Source of the DNA: Octopus sinensis
Lineage: Eukaryota
Length of the DNA: 64,000 bases
Direction of reading: 5' to 3'
NCBI RefSeq assembly: GCF_006345805.1
Contig: NC_043019.1
Coordinates: 29,759,360 to 29,823,359 of the forward strand
Of this stretch, positions 59,801 to 64,000 are shown piece by piece. A program made the position numbers and the translations under genes. The notes under the pieces were generated by a model that was not told the origin of the DNA, searched no databases, and worked only from the letters and a program-made list of their open reading frames with translations. Position 1 is the stretch's first letter, and the number at the start of each line of letters is the position of its first letter.

Positions 59801-61768
59801 AGGTCTATATAACGTCCTTGGTTTGTAAAAATGTATACGGTAACGTCCTTTATTATTATTGTATATATAACATAATGCAAACGTGTAGCTTTTTTGTGCA
59901 TTTTGTTTGCAGAAAATAAAGAAATAACAGTAATAACGTTTAATAAATGTTGCTTACTGCAAGTTATGGATGATTCTTTTATGACTTCATTGCTTTCAAG
60001 CTTAGCTTAAGGTTTTTTTGCGTCCGACATCACAAAATGCGTCTGAATACACATAGCCAGACAGCAAATAGAGACTTGGACATTGCTTAGAAAATATTTT
60101 TCATTTTTAACCTCATATATAGTACACACTAGGGATTTTGACCTTTAAATTTGGTGGGGAAATGTGGATTATACTCGAGGTTTTATGGTAATTTGTAGCT
60201 TGGTTTGATACCACTATAACTGGGTTTTTGGGTGCTGTTAGCAAGATCTACTGTATTGCAAGTGAAGACACACACATGGCTTTGGTTTGATTTCCAGACT
60301 GTTAAATTTTCATTCAGTGATTGATAAATCTTGTTTTTGTTTGTTTTGTTTTTCCAGAATGTCAAAAAAACAAAAGAAAAAGAAAAAACAACAGAGACTT
60401 CTTGCTCAGGTGGAGTATATTTATTTATTTTAGCTGTTTGTGTGTAAATGTGTGTTTCCTGGTTGTAGCCCTCTTATTGTTTAGTTATTTCCCAACGGGA
60501 GTTAGAAGTTGCCCTCTAACTGGGAATGTGGCCTGAAAGCTAACGTTGCAAAACACTCTGTTTTAAAATAAGGGTTCCTGGTTCAAATCCAGTCCGATAT
60601 GTTACTACTATGCTTGCATCCAGGAATAAAGACCTGGTAACAATTGGAGATTAATCCGATTGAAACACTGTAAATATTGGGGGGGGGGGGGCGTTTCTTT
60701 GCTAAGTCTGAGGAATTGCAATCTCATGGTTAGTATTTAGTTTAATAATCCTTTCTTATTTTGGCACAAGGCCTGAAATTTTGAGGGATGAGGAAGTTGG
60801 TTACATCAACCCCAGTACTTGACTGTTACTTGTTTTATTGACTCTGAAAAGATGAAAGGCAAAGTCCACCTCGGCAGTATTTGAACTTAGAACATAAAGA
60901 TGGATGAAATGCCGCTGAGCATTTTGTCCAACATGCTAACGATTCTGCTGTCTCGCCGTTCTTTTATTCTTTTACTTGTTTCAGTCATTTGACTGCAGCC
61001 ATGCTGGAGCACCGCCTTTTGTCGAGCAAATCGACCCCAGGACTTATTCTTTGTAAGCCTAGTGCTTATTCTATCGGTCTCTCTTCCTGAACCGCTAAGT
61101 TACGGGGACGTAAACACACCAGCATTGGTTGTCAAGTGATGTTGGGGCACAAACTCAGACACACAAACATATACATATATCGACGGGCTTCTTTCAGTTT
61201 CCATCTACCAAATCCACTCACAAGGATTTGGTCGGCCCTGAGGCTATAGTAGAAGACACTTGCCCAAGGTGCCATGCAGTGGGACTGAACCCGGAACCAT
61301 GTAGTTGGTAAGCAAGCTACTTACCACACAGCCACTTCTGCGCCTAAGCATTTATTATAATAACAGTTTCAAATTTTGGCACAAGGCCAGTAATTTCAGG
61401 GTTGTTGGGGTAAGTCGATTACATTGACTCAGTGCTCAACTGATACTTATTTTATCGACCCTGAAAGAATGCAAAGTAAAGTTGACCTTGGCAAATATTG
61501 AACTCAGAATGTAAAGAAGAACAAAATGCTACAAAGCATTTTATGTGGAGTGCTGAAGGTTCTGCTGCCATAATATTTATCGCAATAATATCTGATCTTT
61601 TTCTCATCTTTTGTTACAGAAAAATGATGATGACAGTGATAGTGGTGATAAGAAGAAAGAACAGAAAAAGGTTGAAGAAGCTTCCAAATTGGCACAAGAT
61701 TTTGAAGGAAAAGTTAGAGTTAATGAAAAAGATGTAATTATCAACAATCATCCAGAGGAACAGAAAAA
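15791..61768 (+). CDS. DNAJC21: DnaJ homolog subfamily C member 21 (J-domain, coiled coil, C2H2 zinc finger). 12 coding exons in the window, 3' end probably outside it
   Basis: The manually spliced exons give [10 protein letters not shown]...[11 protein letters not shown]...[17 protein letters not shown]...[23 protein letters not shown]...MSKKQKKKK. Every junction is GT-AG and the phases are consistent across all 12 exons. Confidence 0.93.
16490..16632. repeat. (AT)n microsatellite, one of many (AT)n, (AC)n, (ATC)n and (AAT)n tracts in the window
   Basis: Read directly from the sequence. Confidence 0.95.
19141..20350. mobile_element. Cluster of a non-autonomous retroposon with (ATC)n/(GAT)n tail and core GGATGCCCTTCCTAACGCCAACC (RTE-associated type)
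   Basis: Copies also at about 1460, 20945, 22590, 27420, 27922, 31408, 40135, 43845, 44715-45645, 56680 and 58925. Confidence 0.75.
20371..20543. repeat. Near-perfect palindrome (83-bp arms, 7-nt loop), palindromic MITE-like
   Basis: The arms differ at only two positions on manual reading. Confidence 0.85.
20797..20925 (+). CDS. DNAJC21: DNAJC21 exon 2 ([43 protein letters not shown])
   Basis: Polypyrimidine tract plus AG acceptor, completes the HPD motif, donor GTAAC, 129 nt. Confidence 0.93.
21771..22147. mobile_element. Tc1/mariner-type MITE
   Basis: TA flanks, TIR CACTACCGTCAGAAATTAATTAGCAC / GTGCTAATTAATTTCTGATGCAAGTG. Confidence 0.75.
22988..23079 (+). CDS. DNAJC21: DNAJC21 exon 3 ([31 protein letters not shown])
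   Basis: TTTGCAG acceptor, GTAAGT donor, phase 1 to 0. Confidence 0.92.
24007..24132 (+). CDS. DNAJC21: DNAJC21 exon 4 ([17 protein letters not shown]...[12 protein letters not shown])
   Basis: AG acceptor, GTCAGT donor, 126 nt, family-typical GFYxVY and PxFG motifs. Confidence 0.92.
25285..25458 (+). CDS. DNAJC21: DNAJC21 exon 5 ([20 protein letters not shown]...[24 protein letters not shown])
   Basis: TTAG acceptor, GTGAGT donor, 174 nt. Confidence 0.93.
25870..26290 (-). mobile_element. tRNA-derived SINE dimer (same family)
   Basis: Two units with the same junction as at 2530 and 8420. Confidence 0.8.
26731..26937. mobile_element. piggyBac-type MITE
   Basis: TTAA TSDs, TIR CCCTTTAGTGTT / AACACTAAAGGG. 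More degenerate copies near 35457, 37155, 42640 and 58185. Confidence 0.8.
27842..27892 (+). CDS. DNAJC21: DNAJC21 exon 6 ([17 protein letters not shown])
   Basis: ACAG acceptor, GTAAGA donor, 51 nt, conserved LVAFV-KRD-RV motif. Confidence 0.92.
28407..28906. mobile_element. About 500-bp Tc1/mariner(pogo)-type MITE
   Basis: TA flanks, TIR CCGTAAATCCTCGA...TTGAGGATTTATAG, near-identical inverted copy at 59678-60188. Confidence 0.8.
30323..30731 (-). mobile_element. Second tRNA-derived SINE family (about 400 bp, GGTTCAGTCCCACTGCGTGGCACCTTGGGCAAG head)
   Basis: Near-identical copies at 32380-32782, 41307-41550, 47120-47480, 60960-61345 and 63640-64000. Confidence 0.8.
30914..30993 (+). CDS. 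DNAJC21: DNAJC21 exon 7 ([26 protein letters not shown])
   Basis: TTTTCAG acceptor, GTAAAT donor, phase 0 to 2. Confidence 0.88.
32380..32782 (-). mobile_element. Second SINE family copy
   Basis: Collinear with 30323-30731. Confidence 0.8.
33395..33507 (+). CDS. DNAJC21: DNAJC21 exon 8 ([11 protein letters not shown]...EFGDKFSE)
   Basis: TTCAG acceptor, weaker GTGATT donor, phase 2 to 1 fits both neighbouring exons. Confidence 0.85.
34062..34420 (+). mobile_element. Decayed RTE-like LINE C-terminal fragment
   Basis: [12 protein letters not shown] motif, similar to 8806-9090. Confidence 0.55.
35699..35780 (+). CDS. DNAJC21: DNAJC21 exon 9 ([27 protein letters not shown]), first half of the C2H2 zinc finger
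   Basis: Long T tract plus CAG acceptor, GTAAGT donor, CxxC motif. Confidence 0.92.
38505..38714 (+). CDS. DNAJC21: DNAJC21 exon 10 ([15 protein letters not shown]...EETSERKQ), second half of the zinc finger plus acidic linker
   Basis: TTCAG acceptor, GTAAGT donor, HxxxxxH motif completes the finger. Confidence 0.92.
40802..41212 (+). mobile_element. 5'-truncated CR1-type LINE 3' end
   Basis: LRGHSEKL...[17 protein letters not shown]...FKVSLD motif and a (TAAC)n tail. Confidence 0.8.
43149..43298. repeat. 30-bp minisatellite, 5 copies
   Basis: Unit ATCACGGTTCACCTATTGCACACTCAGTAC. Confidence 0.9.
44715..45645 (-). mobile_element. Long copy of the (GAT)n-tailed retroposon with an internal tandem duplication
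   Basis: The segment starting CTGGGACGTAGTCAGTCCACC occurs at about 44718 and about 45080. (GAT)n tail at about 45627-45648. Confidence 0.75.
45957..46117. repeat. Near-perfect palindrome (about 77-bp arms, 4-nt loop), same family as 20371-20543
   Basis: Shares the ACCACTAA..GTGGAC..AATATGCTAGA terminus. A single arm is also present near 16888. Confidence 0.85.
47120..47480 (-). mobile_element. Second SINE family copy
   Basis: Collinear with 30323-30731. Confidence 0.8.
48745..48975 (+). mobile_element. Third tRNA-derived SINE family (TGGCTTAGTGGTTAGGG...GGTTTCGATTCC head)
   Basis: Related copies at about 11544, 24840-25180 (-), 27090, 31830, 32185 and 43500-43810 (-). Confidence 0.7.
49040..49365 (+). 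mobile_element. 3' fragment of an R4/Dong/NeSL-like non-LTR retrotransposon with a restriction-like endonuclease
   Basis: 49103-49258 translates as [15 protein letters not shown]...[19 protein letters not shown], followed by an (AAT)n tail. Confidence 0.7.
49581..49801. mobile_element. piggyBac-type MITE
   Basis: TTAA-CCCTTTAGTGTT...AACACTAAAGGG-TTAA. Confidence 0.8.
49975..50025. repeat. (AAT)n microsatellite just downstream of the nested gene stop codon
   Basis: Read directly from the sequence. Confidence 0.95.
50117..53311 (-). CDS. Unrecognised secreted, largely low-complexity precursor protein (1064 aa from Met at 53311, ORF open from 53410), nested antisense in DNAJC21 intron 10
   Basis: A 3.3-kb stop-free frame in very AT-rich DNA. 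N-terminal signal peptide [25 protein letters not shown] and RKRR furin-type sites, and internal 12-aa repeats with mostly synonymous divergence. Confidence 0.85.
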   Translation of the reverse strand: METAFALGLILLLYSAATITARPNAGARSAEEETNFETMVRFLVKKLNSNEHLLQLLEHRFEKMSGNVKVHALLLQRLKNELKSYRARKQKLSGNLTTKDNTFYSDGTNKRRVLHRARRQAAYSFLSPEILETLAQQERIGVNDTPMVFASDSPPLFPQELLFESAPNVQSTPEENLGETTETVTVSTAPPSTSPTAELRLRLHRKVDSNPADTQSQGQPQPQPQLQEQPQPQQQQPPPQQRQQQQQQPQQQQQQQQQQHRGSDNFVLLQPRATPQPGVPKEADEEYEAGDSYSSAGHSWSKFNKSEKSSGSGQRTEPDEMEHGTKKSSEADEHRKTRFNTHSRLFGKQHGNKRNFKGPQKKDSDYEVSDKEERTFVRSSEYENSETNGLSRKRRFQPMAIRAHDPRVDYTPEMNYPLQPDKGQETEENQPSENGKSGNAGIVWISKDSRNELGTIEPETRSGQQNSQDNLTIFQRIDGSSQDYPGNKESGATNKQETDESKTAQSETGEQAGQEQQGQQEADTTDTKGSNSQNQPGTDDHKTPYLYPGIDEHGIPHAYPGVDEHGIPHLYPGIDEHGIPHLYSGIDGYGIPYGGQVGEEYGTHLLPIEEGNNHKHNVPTGVQNGMIDKNRYEGMYPGDGFLSPPYGAENYLDFPLDGEAGQMNIPEDEEKKDGSDESSDEDTKGAALSHSKYGGVRHMERLRAGDIISSAERPAFNMDLYPAESNTLADNSAQGDKDSEESGEAPTNNGRSYHGDYHDPVNSQLFMFNKEYPDKNLLLHKIQMAANQRNPIYSGIDPDENQSADKQNMNYGRPNYNINQRHESNPGRYLPNLPNSNRQGFNRDFRRRNFDVMNRGIHDTTSNRFGYGTMSDHSGYDKGFDRLNYESRLFGKPFYNTNPKGYYHNQNRGYNNNPFSNYNSQPNYNMGSKRGRHMIQSNSRSNVHSMQRMHNLPFSRYNTKSGYNAEHNYNNNQYYDIGRSNRVESSYTSHTRGTAYPASDEQDEIFGTDAYYNNDSGEVRDERKSNANTNSNNKNNNNYSNNSNKNNNTHYDSAERRNINNFMY
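56200..56475 (-). mobile_element. Decayed RTE-type reverse transcriptase fragment
   Basis: [21 protein letters not shown]...ILPESWYG...[14 protein letters not shown]...[15 protein letters not shown] resembles RT motifs 1-3 with stops. Confidence 0.7.
58702..58922. repeat. 23-bp minisatellite, about 9.6 copies
   Basis: Unit GTGTTGGGCCTCATTCCTTTCGA, head-to-tail with no spacers. Confidence 0.9.
59678..60188. mobile_element. About 500-bp MITE, inverted relative to 28407-28906
   Basis: Same TIRs and internal sequence in reverse orientation. Confidence 0.8.
60358..60409 (+). CDS. DNAJC21: DNAJC21 exon 11 ([18 protein letters not shown])
   Basis: Long pyrimidine tract plus CCAG, phase 2 matches exon 10, basic SKKQKKKK patch typical of the family. 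Confidence 0.85.
60960..61345 (-). mobile_element. Second SINE family copy
   Basis: Collinear with 30323-30731. Confidence 0.8.
61620..61768 (+). CDS. DNAJC21: DNAJC21 exon 12 ([15 protein letters not shown]...NNHPEEQK)
   Basis: TTACAG acceptor, GTAAGA donor, open in phase 0, low-complexity charged linker. Confidence 0.75.
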
Positions 61769-63044
61769 GTAAGAAGAAGATACTTATTTTTTTAGACCTG
61801 GTATTTATTCTGTTAGTCTCTTTTACTGAACTGCTAAGTTATGGGAACATAAGCACACCAGCACCAGTTGTCAAGCAGTGGTGGGCCGCAAATACAGACA
61901 CATACATACATAGATACATATATATATATAATACGTTAAAGGTCAGTTTGAATCTTGCTTGCTTGCAATGTTACTCAGTCAAACAGAGCATAATGGGAAA
62001 ATACTATAAATTAAGTTTACCCTCAAATTTAATACGAACAGAATGAATCAAGTTTCGCATAAATCTGTAAACTGGTTTTCAAGATATTGGAGATTTCAGG
62101 GTATAAATATCCAAAACAGTGCACAATGAGAAAATGTTCCAAAAATAATTTTTATCCTGAAAGGAAAGAAACTCTTATCTTTCTATTAGCCTTGACAACG
62201 AAAACATACGATTTGTTGGGGGTTTTTTACAGTAAATGTTTCTATTTTCGCTTTTGTTAAACACAATATTTTAATCATTTAGAAATATTTTTAAGTGAAT
62301 GTGATTTCAAAAATATAAGCTGTTTGTACTGTAAGTATTTATATTTTAGCTTTCCTTAAACAGACAATATTTTTATGTTTTTTTATTATTATTTTCAAGT
62401 GAATACCATTATAAACATTTTTTTTGGCATATTTAAAAAATATTTTAAAGTGAAAATGACTTTAAAAAATATGGTAAATATTTCAAAAAAGACCCATTCA
62501 TAACCTCAGTTTTTTTTTGAGTGCATTCAATGTCTCTCACCTCCAAAGATTTGGCTGCTATTTCTAGCACGCTCTGCTACCATGTAACAGCCATTTGCTA
62601 TAAAGAACCCAAAATACCTGTTACGTGGTAGCAGGGCATGCAAGAAATAGCAGCTAAATCTTTCCTTTTCCGGGGAAAGGAGCCATTTACACGTGATTTC
62701 AAAGTCACATTCATTGAAAGCATGCAAAATAACCTGGGAAAAAAACCCCCATGAAACAAAATTCCGTTGCTGGGAAACTCAGAGTTTCCCAACGAGTCAC
62801 AGGTAGTCTAGTGTGTATGTATATATATAGATATATATACACAAATGGGATGACTTCTTTCATTGTCTACCTACCAAATTAACTTGCAAGGCTCTGGTTG
62901 CCCCAAAGCTTCAGTAGAAGACACTTGCCCATTGCCTCACGGTGAGACTGAAACTGAAGCCATAGGTTGGGAAGCAAACTTCGTAACACATAGTCACATC
63001 CACACATATATATGTATATAAGTGTGTGTGTGTGTGTATATATT

Positions 63045-63080
<36 letters not shown>

Positions 63081-63083
<3 letters not shown>

Positions 63084-63314
63084 GGTGGCCCAAAAAAAGG
63101 TTTACAGTTATTCAACTATCTCTTTCATATTCATATATTAACAGCTTAGATTTTAATTATAAAAAATATGAAACCCTTATTCTATGCTAATTTAGTTAAT
63201 TTTGTCAAGCTCCCTTTTCTGTGTGTAAGATAGAAATTTGAATGTAATAAAATATTTTAAAACAAATTTAAAGTGCCTATGTGATAACTGTAAACCTACT
63301 TTTGGGCTACCCCG
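63081..63314. mobile_element. Tc1/mariner-type MITE
   Basis: TA flanks, TIR CAGGGTGGCCCAAAA..GGTTTACAGTT / AACTGTAAACCT..TTTGGGCTACCCCG. Confidence 0.75.
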
Positions 63315-63639
63315 TATATCCACACACACACACATATATGTATATACATGTATATTTATATATGTATATATATGTCTCTGTGTGTGTGCTACCCTTGCCA
63401 TACCATGACATGTTACTTGTAGGTGAGCATCACCTTCATACAAGTGATGTTGTTCATTTCCAGTCTTCCGTGTAAAACATGTCAGACCTATGGGAAATAT
63501 TTCCGTACCTAGAAACAGGTGAAGGTTTGTAACCGGAAAGCCATCCAACCATAGAAAAGTCTGCTTGGACAAATTCCATCCAATCCATGCTAGCATGGAA
63601 AAGTGGACATTAAATGATGGTTATATACACATATAGGCA

Positions 63640-64000
63640 TAGAAGTGGCTGTGTGGTAAGTAGCTTGCTTACCAACCACATGTTTCTGGGTTCAGTCCCA
63701 CTGCGTGACACATTGAGCAAGTGTTTTCTACTATAGCCTCGGGCTGACCAAAGCCTTGTGAGTGGATTTGGTAGACGGAAACTGAAAGAAGCCTGTCGTA
63801 TATATGTATAAAAATATATATATGTTATATGTGTCTGTGTTTGTCCCCCCAACATCGCTTGACAACCGATGCTGGTGTGTTTACATCCCCGTAACTTAGC
63901 GGTTCAGCAAAAGAGACTGATAGAATAAGCACTGGGCTTACAAAGAATAAATCCTGGGGTCAATGTGCTCGACTAAAGGCGGTGCTCCAGCATGACCATA
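63640..64000 (+). mobile_element. Second SINE family copy, opposite orientation and truncated by the window end
   Basis: Reverse complement of 60960-61345. Confidence 0.8.

Noticed and set aside
61769-61772. In-frame TAA after exon 12 as the DNAJC21 stop codon
   Set aside because: It arises automatically from a phase-2 GTAAG donor (the same happens at exons 7, 9 and 10), and the family normally has a second C-terminal zinc finger that is not yet encoded here.

Overview
AT-rich eukaryotic genomic DNA, most likely an octopus or another coleoid cephalopod. This assignment is inferred from the SINE, MITE and microsatellite content and was not checked against a database. Three protein-coding genes are supported. 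(1) MED17 is a single uninterrupted 621-aa ORF on the - strand (13364-15229). (2) DNAJC21 lies head-to-head with it on the + strand, with ATGs about 560 bp apart. I reconstructed 12 coding exons from 15791 to 61768, all with GT-AG boundaries and consistent phases, and the gene probably continues beyond the window. (3) An antisense ORF of about 1064-1097 aa that I do not recognise is nested inside the 21.6-kb DNAJC21 intron 10 (50117-53311/53410). It encodes a signal peptide, furin/dibasic sites, a polyQ tract, a 12-aa His/Asp/Tyr repeat whose copies differ mostly at synonymous sites, and an Asn/Tyr/Gly/Arg-rich tail. This is the strongest candidate for an undescribed system, either a secreted biomaterial precursor or a granin/prohormone-like protein. 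The rest is transposon-derived: a decayed hAT element with a nested MULE-like foldback MITE, several MITE families, CR1, RTE and R4-like LINE fragments, several SINE families, Penelope-type minimal hammerhead-like motifs, long hairpins and mini/microsatellites. All other short ORFs in the track appear to be spurious or repeat-derived.
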